Shown: one piece after another, positions 19,569-29,568 of the stretch
Position numbering within the stretch: position 1 is the first letter of the stretch
Layout: each line of letters begins with the position of its first letter
DNA from: Candidatus Uhrbacteria bacterium
GTDB taxonomy: Bacteria; Patescibacteriota; Patescibacteriia; UBA9934
Direction: 5' to 3'
Length of the DNA: 64,000 bases
Assembly (NCBI GenBank): GCA_963822405.1
Contig: CAWGHH010000001.1
Span: forward strand, 87,296 to 151,295
The notes under the pieces: generated by a model
The model's database searches: none
What the model saw: the letters and a program-made list of their open reading frames with translations, nothing else
What the model was told of the DNA's origin: nothing
Position numbers and translations under genes: made by a program

Positions 19569-20450
19569 ATGTCTGTAAAAAAAGCACAAAAAATTCGCAA
19601 GGCAATTATTCCGGTAGCTGGAATGGGAACCAGGTTTTTGCCAGCTACTAAGGCTCAGCCAAAGGAAATGTTGGCGGTTGTAGACAAACCAGTGATTCAA
19701 TATATCGTCGAGGAAGCAGTGGCCGCTGGAATAGAGGAGATCATCTTCGTCACGGCCATGGGCAAGCGGGCACTTGAAGATCACTTTGATCGCAACTTCG
19801 AGTTGGAGTATCGCTTAGAGCAAAAAAAGAAGATGGCCGAGCTAAAAGCCATTCAAGCCATTGGCAAACTTGCTAAATTTGCCTTCGTCCGTCAGCAAAA
19901 ACCAATGGGGGATGGGCACGCGTTACTTGCCGCTGCACCTTTTGTTGGAAGCGATGAAACCGTAGCAATTTTTACGGGGGATGACATTTTTTCCGGAGAT
20001 AGACCAGCTATTGGCGAGCTCATGGAGACATACGCTAAGTTCGGCGCGCCTGTTGTTGGCGTCCAAGAGGTGCCTCACGAGAAAGTTTCTAGTTATGGAA
20101 TTATTGATGGCGTTGAAATTGCTGGTAACACTTGGGAAGTGAAGAGGTTCGTGGAAAAGCCTTCACCAGAAGACGCGCCATCAAACCTAGCTTCAGTTGG
20201 TCGATACATTATTACTCCAGAAATTTTGCGGATGCTTGAAAAGCAGAAGCCGGGAAAAGACGGAGAAATTCGACTAGCCGACGCATTTACTACATATGTT
20301 GATGCCGGAAAGCAATTATTCGGCCAAGTATTAACTGGTAAGCGGTATGATTGTGGCAATAAACTCCAGTTCATCATCGCTCAAATCGAGCTTGGTTTAA
20401 TGCATCCAGAGGTGAAAGAAGGCTTAGCCGAATACCTAAGGTCCAGATAG
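19569..20450 (+). CDS. galU: UTP--glucose-1-phosphate uridylyltransferase
   Basis: KAIIPVAGMGTRFLPATKAQPKEML...VRQQKPMGDGHA signature. Confidence 0.85.
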   Translation: MSVKKAQKIRKAIIPVAGMGTRFLPATKAQPKEMLAVVDKPVIQYIVEEAVAAGIEEIIFVTAMGKRALEDHFDRNFELEYRLEQKKKMAELKAIQAIGKLAKFAFVRQQKPMGDGHALLAAAPFVGSDETVAIFTGDDIFSGDRPAIGELMETYAKFGAPVVGVQEVPHEKVSSYGIIDGVEIAGNTWEVKRFVEKPSPEDAPSNLASVGRYIITPEILRMLEKQKPGKDGEIRLADAFTTYVDAGKQLFGQVLTGKRYDCGNKLQFIIAQIELGLMHPEVKEGLAEYLRSR

Positions 20451-20473
20451 CCGAGAACCCACTATTTATTTCT

Positions 20474-21859
20474 ATGATTAAGCGCTTTCTCTCTTTTTTC
20501 CTCCTGGTTTCTACGCTAGCCATGGTTGGTGCCGGATGTTCTGGCGGTACTACATCGGCACCGGTTGCTAAGACGGTCACCTTGAAATTTTGGAGTGTAT
20601 TTGATGAGCAAGACGCCTATAAGGATCTTTTTTCAGCATATAGGGCAGCGCACCCTAACGTGACTATTGAGTATCGAAAATTCCGACCAGAAGAATATGA
20701 GAAAGAGTTGATCCGGGCGTTAGCTGACGGCACCGGACCAGATATTTTCTCAGTGCATAGCACTAAGATGGCCGAATTCCAGACGTTACTTTCCCCAATG
20801 CCAACGCAGATTAATATCAGCAATCTGGTTACTCAAGGAACTCTCCAAAAACAGACTGTACTTGTAGCTAAACAGGAGACGACCATTTCGCAAAAGGCTT
20901 TCAAGCAACAATTTATAGATGCAGTTTCTGAAGATGCATTCTTGAATTATTCAGCTGATCCAAAGGTAGCGGCCACTCCTCGGATCTACGGTTTTCCATT
21001 TGCCATGGATACGCTTTCACTTTTTTACAACAAAGATTTGCTAAACGCAGCCGGGATCGCTGAGCCTCCTACTGACTGGGATCTGTTCAATGCGTCAGTC
21101 ATGAAGCTTACTAAGTACAATGCGAACGGTGGCATCGCCCAATCCGGTGCGGCTCTTGGCACGGTCAAGAATGTAGATCGTTCTGGCGACATCATTTCTG
21201 TGCTCATGATGCAGAACGGCGCTCAGATGGCAGATCCAACCGGTATCGCCACCTTCGACAAAGTTCCTCAAGGCACGCCACAGGGAGTTTCCCCGGGTCT
21301 CGACGCTGTCACGTTCTACACAGACTTCGCCAACCCAGTAAAAGAGGTTTACACCTGGAATGACGGCTTCCCAAATTCCGTTGACTCTTTTGCTCGTGGA
21401 CAAACGGCCTACATGCTTGGCTATAGTTACGATATTCCAGTTCTGACTGCCTCAGCGCCAAAGTTAAATTACGGTATTGCGCCATTGCCGCAGATTGCCG
21501 GAGGGAAAGTAGTTAATTATCCAAACTATTGGTTACAGGGCGTATCAAAGACTAGCAAGTTTGGAGATTACGCCTGGAATTTCTTACAGTTTGCCTCTAG
21601 CCCTACAAATGTCACTAAATATTTGGGCAAGTCCGGTCATCCTACGGCTGTTCGCGGCCTTATTGCTGCTCAGCTTGAAGATGAAAAAATTGGCGTCTTT
21701 GCTGGTCAGCTTTTGACTGCTCAGAGCTGGTATCACGGTTTGGATTCAGACGCAGCTTTCAAAGCCTTGAACGATCTTTCTACTGCTATTCTGGTTGGTA
21801 CCGCAGAACCAAAGAAAGCCGTTTCTCAAGCTGCACAGATAGTCAGCCAAACGTACTAA
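20474..21859 (+). CDS. ABC-transporter-type extracellular solute-binding lipoprotein (family 1), with no adjacent permease genes
   Basis: Lipobox LAMVGAGC plus an SBP_bac_1-like N-terminus (KFWSVFDEQDAYKDLFSAY...GTGPDIFSVH). Confidence 0.65.
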   Translation: MIKRFLSFFLLVSTLAMVGAGCSGGTTSAPVAKTVTLKFWSVFDEQDAYKDLFSAYRAAHPNVTIEYRKFRPEEYEKELIRALADGTGPDIFSVHSTKMAEFQTLLSPMPTQINISNLVTQGTLQKQTVLVAKQETTISQKAFKQQFIDAVSEDAFLNYSADPKVAATPRIYGFPFAMDTLSLFYNKDLLNAAGIAEPPTDWDLFNASVMKLTKYNANGGIAQSGAALGTVKNVDRSGDIISVLMMQNGAQMADPTGIATFDKVPQGTPQGVSPGLDAVTFYTDFANPVKEVYTWNDGFPNSVDSFARGQTAYMLGYSYDIPVLTASAPKLNYGIAPLPQIAGGKVVNYPNYWLQGVSKTSKFGDYAWNFLQFASSPTNVTKYLGKSGHPTAVRGLIAAQLEDEKIGVFAGQLLTAQSWYHGLDSDAAFKALNDLSTAILVGTAEPKKAVSQAAQIVSQTY

Positions 21860-21898
21860 GAGGAGGCGACGGCGGTTTGTGTTATCATTCTTTTAGTT

Positions 21899-22393
21899 AT
21901 GCGCTTCCTCCGAAACTATATTCTCGCCTTTGGCCTTCTTGCTACTTTTTGGTTGCCTTCCGTGGCTCACGCAGCAACGTCGAGTGTTGAATCAGGCTAT
22001 GCGGATATTCTTTCCCAGGGTTTAATCTTTGCAAATATCTGTTCAGCTCCAGCGCCGGCGGCTTGTGCTTGTAGAGATTCTGGAAATTGTCAGCTTTCTG
22101 ACATGCTCCAAATTTTCGTTAACATTTCTATTGGTATTTTAGCTATTAGTGGTTCAGTTGCCTTGCTCATGTTCTTTTACGGCGGATTTACTTGGACAAC
22201 TTCCATGGGCAATCCTAAAAAGATTGAAACCGGTAAGGAAATTATCGTTCGAGCCGTAATTGGTCTCGCCATTATCTTTGGCGCCTACGCTTTTGTGAAT
22301 TTCTTAGTCGCTGCTATTTCTGGCAAGGCTCCTCAAGCCACCATTGAGCAAACTATTGGCGGCGGTTCAGAAAACGTTATTCAAACACAGTAA
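21899..22393 (+). CDS. T4SS-pilin-like (TrbC/VirB2-type) small secreted membrane protein; Cys-rich variable region
   Basis: Signal peptide, then the conserved core NISIGILAISGSVALLMFFYGGFTWTTSMGNPKK...AVIGLAIIFGAY. Confidence 0.55.
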   Translation: MRFLRNYILAFGLLATFWLPSVAHAATSSVESGYADILSQGLIFANICSAPAPAACACRDSGNCQLSDMLQIFVNISIGILAISGSVALLMFFYGGFTWTTSMGNPKKIETGKEIIVRAVIGLAIIFGAYAFVNFLVAAISGKAPQATIEQTIGGGSENVIQTQ

Positions 22394-22395
22394 TT

Positions 22396-22959
22396 ATGCG
22401 GATTAAATCGCTGATTGTTCTTGCTGTAGCCTGCTGCATTTTCCTTGTGCCGAGAGCGAGTGTATTTGCAAGTTGTCGATCAGTGCTCGATGCTTGTTTA
22501 GCTGCGCCAGGCTGTAAGGATTCTGGTTCCTCAGACACACTTACGATCGTAGCCGAAGCTGATTGTCGAGCTGCGTGCGCCACAACGTTTGATGGTTGTC
22601 ACGATACCGTTGCTCCGCCACCCCCAGCCAGTCCGTCCCAAAACCAAAGCAGTTCTGGTGGCACGGCCTCGACTAGCAAAGTGGTGTCAGTGATTAACCC
22701 TTTAGGTATTACCGATCCAACTGTCATCATCGGAAATTTGATTCGCGCCATTTTGTCGATCGTCGGCTCACTGACTCTTCTTATGTTTATTTATGGTGGG
22801 GTGCTTTGGATAACTTCGATGGGGAATGACAAAACCGTTCATAAAGCTAAATCGGTTTTAACTTGGACAGTTATTGGTTTAGCCGTTATTGCTGGTGCGT
22901 ATACGCTAACGAACGCCGTGATTACTAGCTTGACCAGCGGTTCGGCACTTGGTATTTAA
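22396..22959 (+). CDS. T4SS-pilin-like protein (paralog 2), with Cys-rich and Ser-rich variable regions
   Basis: Core IGNLIRAILSIVGSLTLLMFIYGGVLWITSMGNDKT..KAK. Confidence 0.55.
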   Translation: MRIKSLIVLAVACCIFLVPRASVFASCRSVLDACLAAPGCKDSGSSDTLTIVAEADCRAACATTFDGCHDTVAPPPPASPSQNQSSSGGTASTSKVVSVINPLGITDPTVIIGNLIRAILSIVGSLTLLMFIYGGVLWITSMGNDKTVHKAKSVLTWTVIGLAVIAGAYTLTNAVITSLTSGSALGI

Positions 22960-22990
22960 TTATCCTGTCGGCTTGCCCTTAACCAGAAGT

Positions 22991-23467
22991 ATGCGAATTA
23001 AACCGTTTTTGATCGTTGCTACTTTCCTCCTAGCCTTCTTCATTCCGCAGGCTCACGTACTTGCAGATTGTGTGTCAGATTGTAATAGCAACATGGTTTG
23101 GACGGCGTCTAAGCGAGCGGAATGTGTCGCGTCGTGCTCGCAAGGTAACTTTGTGCAAACCGATCCTAATGGGGCATCGACAGATACAACTATCAGACTC
23201 GACAATCCATTAGTTTCTGGAGACCCGCGAGTAATTGCTGGAAATCTTATTCGAGCGATGCTTTCTATTACGGGCTCGATCTCGTTACTTATGTTTGTTT
23301 ACGGTGGCGTATTGTGGATCACGGCGATGGGAAATGAGAAAACAATCGATAAAGGAAAGAAGGTGTTAATTTGGGCGGTGATTGGACTTGCAGTAATTGC
23401 TGGGGCATATACGCTGACAAATGCGGTCATCTACGGTTTGACCACAGGATCCGTGTCTGGTCTTTAA
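22991..23467 (+). CDS. T4SS-pilin-like protein (paralog 3)
   Basis: Core AGNLIRAMLSITGSISLLMFVYGGVLWITAMGNEKT. Confidence 0.55.
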   Translation: MRIKPFLIVATFLLAFFIPQAHVLADCVSDCNSNMVWTASKRAECVASCSQGNFVQTDPNGASTDTTIRLDNPLVSGDPRVIAGNLIRAMLSITGSISLLMFVYGGVLWITAMGNEKTIDKGKKVLIWAVIGLAVIAGAYTLTNAVIYGLTTGSVSGL

Positions 23468-23521
23468 GCTGGTGTATAATATCTTGGAGATTTATTAGTT
23501 TTAATTTCTTTAACCATTCCT

Positions 23522-23932
23522 ATGGTGAAATCACTTATCAGATTCGGGATGAGCGCAGTCTTGGGCCTGGCACTCGCACTTCCTTTTGTGCGTTTGGTTC
23601 CAGCTTTTGCTCCAGTTGCTCACGCTCAGCCACTTGGTTCTGAGGACATCATCAGCTCAGACTTTGGCAACGCCACTGGTCTTGGCCAGGGTGATTTGAA
23701 GCAAACCATTGGAAACCTTATCCGTGTAGCGCTTGGTTTCCTAGGAGTAGTAGCAGTGGTTATTGTTCTTTACGGAGGTTTCAAGTGGATGGTATCCGGT
23801 GGTAGCGATGAGAAAGTGGGCGAAGCTAAGAAACTCATCATCAGCGGTATCATTGGTCTCGCAATTATTCTCTCTGCATACGCCATCACCACGTTCGTCA
23901 TTTCGAACCTGATGACGGCCGCGAACGGTTAG
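23522..23932 (+). CDS. T4SS-pilin-like protein (paralog 4)
   Basis: Core IGNLIRVALGFLGVVAVVIVLYGGFKWMVSGGSDEK. Confidence 0.55.
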   Translation: MVKSLIRFGMSAVLGLALALPFVRLVPAFAPVAHAQPLGSEDIISSDFGNATGLGQGDLKQTIGNLIRVALGFLGVVAVVIVLYGGFKWMVSGGSDEKVGEAKKLIISGIIGLAIILSAYAITTFVISNLMTAANG

Positions 23933-23980
23933 TTGTCTCATGTCTCCGTCCGCATCTTCCACGGAAGGTGCGGGCACGAT

Positions 23981-24370
23981 ATGCGAAAACTGGCAGCCGC
24001 TGGGCTAATGTCACTATCACTCTTGTTGCCGCTAAGTGCCGGCGCCGCTTTTAATGCGGGAGATTCTGGTTTGAATAAGACTGCTGAAGGTGCTTTTGGC
24101 GCTGGCTACACGGGCTCAAGAGGTAATATCGGAACTTTCGTTGGAACGTATATCATTAAGCCAGTTCTCGGCCTGCTTGGTTTAGTTTTCTTGATGCTCA
24201 TGGTTTACGCTGGCGGCATGTGGATGACGGCCATGGGAAATGAAAAACGCGTAGCAAAAGCAAAAGAGATTATGATTGCTGCGGTGATTGGGTCAGTAAT
24301 CATTGTAGCCGCATACACACTAACTAACGCGTTGTTCTCGGCTTTGAGTACAGGAACTCCAACCGGCTAG
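23981..24370 (+). CDS. T4SS-pilin-like protein (paralog 5)
   Basis: Core LGLLGLVFLMLMVYAGGMWMTAMGNEKRVAKAK. Confidence 0.55.
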   Translation: MRKLAAAGLMSLSLLLPLSAGAAFNAGDSGLNKTAEGAFGAGYTGSRGNIGTFVGTYIIKPVLGLLGLVFLMLMVYAGGMWMTAMGNEKRVAKAKEIMIAAVIGSVIIVAAYTLTNALFSALSTGTPTG

Positions 24371-24381
24371 TTAGGATTTTT

Positions 24382-24708
24382 ATGTCTACACTTTTGGCGA
24401 TTAACACTACCACAGGATTATCCGACGCCGGTCAAGGCGCCGGTTATTCTTTAACTCAAACTCCAGCAGAACTTTTGGGTTTTGGCATCCAACTAGTTAT
24501 TGGTCTTTTGGGGGTCGTTTTTTTGATCCTCGTTCTCTACGCTGGATTCACTTGGATGACTTCAATGGGGAACGAAAAAACAGTGGGAAAAGCTAAGGAT
24601 ATATTAGTTCGAGCCACTGTTGGATTAGTGATTATGATTTCGGCTTATGCTATTTCTTCCTATGTCATTGGCGCATTAGATGTGGCAGTGAACGGACCAG
24701 GTGCATAG
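24382..24708 (+). CDS. T4SS-pilin-like protein (paralog 6), apparently without an N-terminal signal peptide
   Basis: Core LVIGLLGVVFLILVLYAGFTWMTSMGNEKTVGKAK. A stop codon lies immediately upstream of the ATG. Confidence 0.5.
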   Translation: MSTLLAINTTTGLSDAGQGAGYSLTQTPAELLGFGIQLVIGLLGVVFLILVLYAGFTWMTSMGNEKTVGKAKDILVRATVGLVIMISAYAISSYVIGALDVAVNGPGA

Positions 24709-24778
24709 ACTGTCCACATCATTTAGTTAAGCTAGGAATTAATAGGTGTATAATTTCTGTAACATTCATTAATTTATT

Positions 24779-25174
24779 ATGAACAAGCTAAAGAAACTTC
24801 TCATTGGTGCGGCGTTGGTAGTAGTGCCATTCTCAACTGCAGTCATGAACGTTAGCGCTCAGACTAGCAAGATTGGCGATAGCTTGGGACAAGTCGGGAA
24901 TGCGGCTCAATTGGGTGGTGGCGGTGAAGACCAGTTGGTTAATACGGTTGGTAGCTTGATTACTACATTCCTTGGAATTTTAGGTATTGTTTTCTTGGTT
25001 CTTGTTCTCTACGCCGGATTCACTTGGATGACAGCTATGGGTGAAGAGAAGAAAATTGCATCTGCTAAGAATATTCTCATCTCTGCTGTTGTTGGTCTTG
25101 TGGTTATCATGTCGGCTTATGCGATTAGTAGTTTCGTGATCGCTCAATTGCAACATGCCACAACAGGAGTCTAG
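24779..25174 (+). CDS. T4SS-pilin-like protein (paralog 7)
   Basis: Core FLGILGIVFLVLVLYAGFTWMTAMGEEKKIASAK. Confidence 0.55.
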   Translation: MNKLKKLLIGAALVVVPFSTAVMNVSAQTSKIGDSLGQVGNAAQLGGGGEDQLVNTVGSLITTFLGILGIVFLVLVLYAGFTWMTAMGEEKKIASAKNILISAVVGLVVIMSAYAISSFVIAQLQHATTGV

Positions 25175-25182
25175 TTATAAAT

Positions 25183-25232
25183 AAAACCCCCGTCTTCTCG
25201 TCGGTTAGCCGATGGGGAGGCGGGTTTTTTGT
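25183..25232 (+). terminator. Imperfect G/C hairpin plus T6, ending the pilin-like array
   Basis: Read in sequence. Confidence 0.4.
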
Positions 25233-25246
25233 TTGCGAGTAATGCA

Positions 25247-25277
25247 AAACCCCACACCTTCATCAGGTGTGGGGCGA
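25247..25277 (-). terminator. 10-bp stem CCCCACACCT/AGGTGTGGGG, with a T-run on the - strand
   Basis: Read in sequence downstream of the - strand gene 25360-25966. Confidence 0.5.
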
Positions 25278-25359
25278 ATGACCTCGATTCCCCTTTTAGG
25301 GGCTCGCCCGTAGGGCGGTCTACGCCCGAGGGGACAAAGGGGTCGAGCGCGGGACGGTG

Positions 25360-25966
25360 TCAGTTCCGGGTGCACGACGAGTTGAGCGGTTGATCGCTGT
25401 AGACGATCATTTTGACCTTGGTGACTTCGTCCGGCTGGAGGTCAGAGGGTTCACGGGTGATCACCTTGCAGGTGAACACGCGGGCGGCCTTTGCCGGTGC
25501 GAATCCGTTGCCAGCGTCTGCGTCGTTCATGACGCGCACGGGGCGGTATTGCCCGGGCGCGACCTGAACCGTCATCGGGATGCCGTCTGTCCAGGACTTG
25601 TTCGGATCTACCTCGTAGCCAATGGCGCCGAGGGCGTCACTGCTGGGAGCGATCCCGAACACGCTCGCTTGGGAGGGGAGGCAGTACCTCCAGCCGTCGA
25701 CGGTGAATTCCCCGACGCCGACCATATTCGGGCCATCAAAGGCCGTAACCGTCATGGTCGAGAGCCCCGTGTTCAGCCAGAGACAAGTTCGCGATTCGTT
25801 CTTGATGACGGTGTAGTGCGGCTTGAGCCGACAATTTTCGTTCGGCTCTTGGAGCATGAACGGTCCAGCCGGCAACTGCATGTTGGCGCAGCTGATTGAT
25901 TCGGGGCCGGTGATCATGTCCTGTGCGGAAGCGAGGGACAGGGCGAAGAGCATGTAAGTGAACATG
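25360..25966 (-). CDS. Secreted hypothetical protein (G+C-rich island)
   Basis: Signal peptide MFTYMLFALSLASAQD; RBS GGAG; six Cys. Confidence 0.45.
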
Positions 25967-26098
25967 GCGCACTCCAAAGTTGGGAAGGGATCTGACGGAT
26001 CTGAGGGCGACCAACGGAATATTCCGTGAGTCGCTCTGTAGATCCGGTCTCCATATACGCATTTTCATGCATTTATGGAGACCGTTCAAGTCGTGTGC

Positions 26099-26940
26099 CT
26101 AGTATCCCCAGAACCGATCCCACCAGGACTTGTTGACCTGGGCGTCGAGTTCCTTCTGCTTGGCGGTGAGCTGCGTCTGCAGGTCAGTTGCGTCCGCCAT
26201 GCTGGCGTCCAGCAGCTTCTGCGTGGTGTCGTCGACGATGGGCGCGGCGACCGGCTTGGTGACGCGGTCAACGTGCCGAACCGGCTCGTCGAGCACAGGG
26301 TACTGACCGCCAGTCTGACCGAACGCCATGAGCTGACCCATGCCGTTGCCGTAGCCGAAGGCCTGGCTCATCGGCATTTGGTTGCCGTAGATCGCCGTGG
26401 CCGTGGCCGCGGGCCAGTGGCTGCCGTGGTCGTGCCGTCCGGATTCGTGGTGATGACCACGGCCGGCGTAACGACACCGCTGTTGTTCGCGGTGATGGCC
26501 TCGAACGTGCCGGGCTGGAGAGCCGCGATCTGGGCAGGGGTCAACGTATGCAGGTCGACCGTCTTGGCCTTCGCGAGATCGTACGCGCCCTGGATGGCCA
26601 GCTTTCGCGTGTCGGCGTCGGTCTGATCGATCGCGGTGCGTCCGACGGATTCGAACCAGAGGGACTCCTCATGCGCACGCGCGATGTCGAGCGCGCCCTG
26701 GACTTCGATTCGGCTGGTGGCCGCGTCGTAGCCCTGGATTTGGATCCGTCCGCCCTCCAGGCACTGAGCCTGCATGAGGGCGAATTTCTCGGGGGAGACG
26801 TGGCCTTGGTAGGCACCGTTGGCGCAGTCGATCGTGCCCTCTCCCCGGCCGACAACGGAACCGTTCGGTTCGTTGTGGCGGTCCTGCGCGTTCGCAATGG
26901 AGAGCATCGAGAAGATAACGAACAACATTGTCCACCTCAT
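26099..26940 (-). pseudogene. Secreted hypothetical protein, apparently split by a frameshift near 26395-26420
   Basis: Signal peptide MRWTMLFVIFSMLSIANAQD. A protein-like translation continues in another frame (…ATATAIYGNQMPMSQAFGYGNGMG…) past a GCCGTGGCC repeat. Confidence 0.35.
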
Positions 26941-27011
26941 GAAAGCGTTCGCCGGAACAGCTGTGGAAACTATTCCATCAGCCCATCCGGACCGATAAGA
27001 ATAGCAGAAAA

Positions 27012-27026
27012 TTGACGTTTTGTCAA
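27012..27026 (+). promoter_or_regulatory. Palindrome TTGAC-G-TTTT-GTCAA containing a -35-like TTGACG in the AT-rich region upstream of the 771-aa gene
   Basis: Read in sequence. I could not place the -10 with confidence. Confidence 0.25.
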
Positions 27027-27189
27027 CCGTTATTCAATATATTATGGCTAAGGTTTGAGAGATCTATGATGATGGAGACCATTGACTTTTTCCCCTTTTT
27101 CTGCTAATCTCACCTGTCCTTAGGCGGCAAGAACCGTAAGGGACATTCTTTAACAATTCGCATCAATTTCTCACTAAACGAGGTGTCCC

Positions 27190-29505
27190 ATGATGGATTG
27201 GACGCGTCTGTTGACGCAACAGTTGCAAGAGTTTATGAAGGAAGAGGGGATCACTCCCCTTAACATTCATGAAAAACTGACCGGGGAAGTGCTCAAACGC
27301 TTCCTTGAAAAGTTTGCCGGTACGGCTGATCCCGTGCAGTTGCGCAAGCAGCTGGCGGATGCCCCTGGCGCCGCCGGTTTCTTCATTTCCCTCATGCTGG
27401 CTATGCCGGTTGAGGGACGGCTAGCCACCCTTCTCGTCCTTTCGGAAGTGATGAAGGCAGCGGGCTTGCCAATTCCCACCAGTGCCAGAACTGCAGTCAT
27501 TGCAGCTTTTGGTGCAATGGGCGAGGCCGGAGTAACTGACGCAGATGTGCGCCGGTACCGTTCTCGCGTGCTCTCGTATTTCAACAGCTCGGCCATTCCG
27601 GCTGAGTCAGTTCCTGTTCCCATCGAACCCATCACCGGGGCCTCGGCAGTGCCGACTCCAAAGGATACGAACATGAGTCCCCTGATCAATCCGTTGTGTC
27701 TCACTTGGCCGGTCACTCCGGTCGCAGTTGAGCAGCCGGGATTCCATGTGTTCGCCGTGCCGGGTGTCATTCATCAGGACTTCGGGCCGTCCGCGTCCGC
27801 GCAGACTCCCGAAACCGTCGCCGCGAGCACGACCCAGAATCCGTTGCCTGGTTCCGCTGAACCGCCTCCCTCGGGTGGCGATCCGGTGGTCCCGCCGAGC
27901 AATCCGCCGGAGCCCGTGACCGTGAACAACGTTCCGGTCACGCCTCCGTCCGGTGGTGGTGGGGCAATCCCTCCGTCCACCGGTCTCACTCCGCGCCGCG
28001 AAGGCCCGGATGGTAACCGGTGGCGGTACTTGGACTTCATCATCAATGACGTCCTGCCGTTGCGCGAAAACGAGACTTTGACTTTGCCCGATGGCCAGCT
28101 CAAATATCGATTTGGGTTGGCCTGGGTACAGGAGCACTTGGGAGAAGATTCCGCATTCGGCAAGCAGGCGCGTGAAGCGTTCTCGCTGTTGCCGGAGATG
28201 ACGGAATTGGAGCGTGCGACACTTGAGCCTCACCTTGTGGTGCTCAGGCGGGTGCACGCCCCGAAGAGCACGGTCACGAAGGCGGAGCGCAATCTCGCCA
28301 CCGTGCCTGTGAACGACGCGATCCACCTGTCGCACGCCTGGGACGTGCGGATCCGGGTCATTGCCCAGGCCAACGCCTGGTTCTGGCGCCGGTGGTTCTT
28401 GTTCGGCCTCGCGGATCTCGCGGACGATAAAAACGATGACGAGTTCCGTGAGTGGCGCAATGGAATCTTGAAGATCTTCGGATTCGGTTCCGCCACCACC
28501 ACGGCCGTTATCGCGATCGGCGCGCTCATGCTCGGTCGCAAGGCGTACAACTGGCTCACCAAAAAACCGGAGGCAATCACGAGTACAACGTCAGGTACAG
28601 GAGGCGGCGGCGGAAATTCCGGCGGCACTTCTCCGGGATCGACTCCGGCGAAAGAACCCACTCCGTTTGTGACCGTACTCGGATGGTTTCTGATCGTGGT
28701 GTGTCTGATCATGGTCATCCCATGGATTGCGAGCTGGTTCGTCGAGGGCATGTCCATTCGTGCTCTGATGGTGACTGCTCCGATCGTGACGATCTGGTGT
28801 GCCAAGTATCTCCCCTTCATCCATGATCCATGGGTGTGGCCGAGGGAGAGCGTCGTGCTAAACGACGACACCAACGCGCTCGTGAAAGGGCGAGTTGACG
28901 TGAAGTCGAGGATCTTCGAGGCGATCAACGAACGCAATTTGAAGTTGTTGCTCGTAACGCCAGGCATCTGGCGGCGGCTGCTTCTGAAGATTGCTCTCGG
29001 GGCCGTGTTGATTGGCGGTATCATCATGAACTTCGTCTTCATCTTCACGGGTGACTCACACATCGCGCAAGCCTCGATAACGGTCGGGATACTCGCGGCG
29101 GGATTTTTCCTTGATCTCGCCCAGCTCTTCAATGCATATTTCACGTTCTCAGAGATCGCGGATATGCTCAAGCCGGTGTTCAGGCCGGCGCTCAAGCTGA
29201 TCGTTGGCGTGATCGTGGTGGGTTTGGGGAGTGAGCTTCTCTTCCCGGGCATCGGTCAAGTCGGTTTGCTCGCTAAGGTTCAATCAACAACCAGAGCCTG
29301 GGCTCCGGTTTCCAAGGAAATGGTGAAGACGGGGTTCCTCACTGCTCCAGTTGGTGACCTGTGGTTCCGATCGGAACCCGTAACCAAGCCTTTGATCGCA
29401 TCCGTTTCCGGTACCTGCGCGTCGCGGGATCGGATGGAGGCGCGGATGGCTGGTTACTGCAGTAACGCCCAGACGAAGAACGACGGGCGTTGTAAGTGCG
29501 AGTGA
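27190..29505 (+). CDS. Large multi-pass membrane protein with Pro/Gly-rich linkers; function unknown
   Basis: 771-aa ORF in a G+C-rich segment with several TM helices in the C-terminal half. Confidence 0.5.
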   Translation: MMDWTRLLTQQLQEFMKEEGITPLNIHEKLTGEVLKRFLEKFAGTADPVQLRKQLADAPGAAGFFISLMLAMPVEGRLATLLVLSEVMKAAGLPIPTSARTAVIAAFGAMGEAGVTDADVRRYRSRVLSYFNSSAIPAESVPVPIEPITGASAVPTPKDTNMSPLINPLCLTWPVTPVAVEQPGFHVFAVPGVIHQDFGPSASAQTPETVAASTTQNPLPGSAEPPPSGGDPVVPPSNPPEPVTVNNVPVTPPSGGGGAIPPSTGLTPRREGPDGNRWRYLDFIINDVLPLRENETLTLPDGQLKYRFGLAWVQEHLGEDSAFGKQAREAFSLLPEMTELERATLEPHLVVLRRVHAPKSTVTKAERNLATVPVNDAIHLSHAWDVRIRVIAQANAWFWRRWFLFGLADLADDKNDDEFREWRNGILKIFGFGSATTTAVIAIGALMLGRKAYNWLTKKPEAITSTTSGTGGGGGNSGGTSPGSTPAKEPTPFVTVLGWFLIVVCLIMVIPWIASWFVEGMSIRALMVTAPIVTIWCAKYLPFIHDPWVWPRESVVLNDDTNALVKGRVDVKSRIFEAINERNLKLLLVTPGIWRRLLLKIALGAVLIGGIIMNFVFIFTGDSHIAQASITVGILAAGFFLDLAQLFNAYFTFSEIADMLKPVFRPALKLIVGVIVVGLGSELLFPGIGQVGLLAKVQSTTRAWAPVSKEMVKTGFLTAPVGDLWFRSEPVTKPLIASVSGTCASRDRMEARMAGYCSNAQTKNDGRCKCE

Positions 29506-29518
29506 CTTCGGCGTAATG

Positions 29519-29568
29519 GCCGGTGTGCGGTGGGTTCCAATCCCCACTGCGCACCGGTCGCTTTTTTT
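29519..29568 (+). terminator. Long hairpin plus T7
   Basis: CCGGTGTGCGGTGGG...CCCACTGCGCACCGG followed by TTTTTTT. Confidence 0.6.

Noticed and set aside
21899-25174. Reading the seven small secreted proteins as type IV (PilA-like) pilins
   Set aside because: They have no class III prepilin signal (G|FTLIE-like N-terminus). They carry ordinary signal peptides and a two-helix C-terminal core, which fits VirB2/TrbC-type pilins instead.
26075-27015. + strand ORFs 26075-26626, 26548-27015 and several - strand ORFs (26268-26477, 26541-26897, 26669-26935) in the G+C-rich island
   Set aside because: They have Arg/Pro/Gly-rich antisense-type composition. The signal-peptide-bearing - strand frames (26099-26940) are the credible coding frames.
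27267-29252. Long - strand ORFs 27607-28335 and 28230-29252 opposite the 771-aa gene
   Set aside because: These are typical high-GC shadow ORFs, Arg-rich with no start context. The + strand protein has coherent TM topology.
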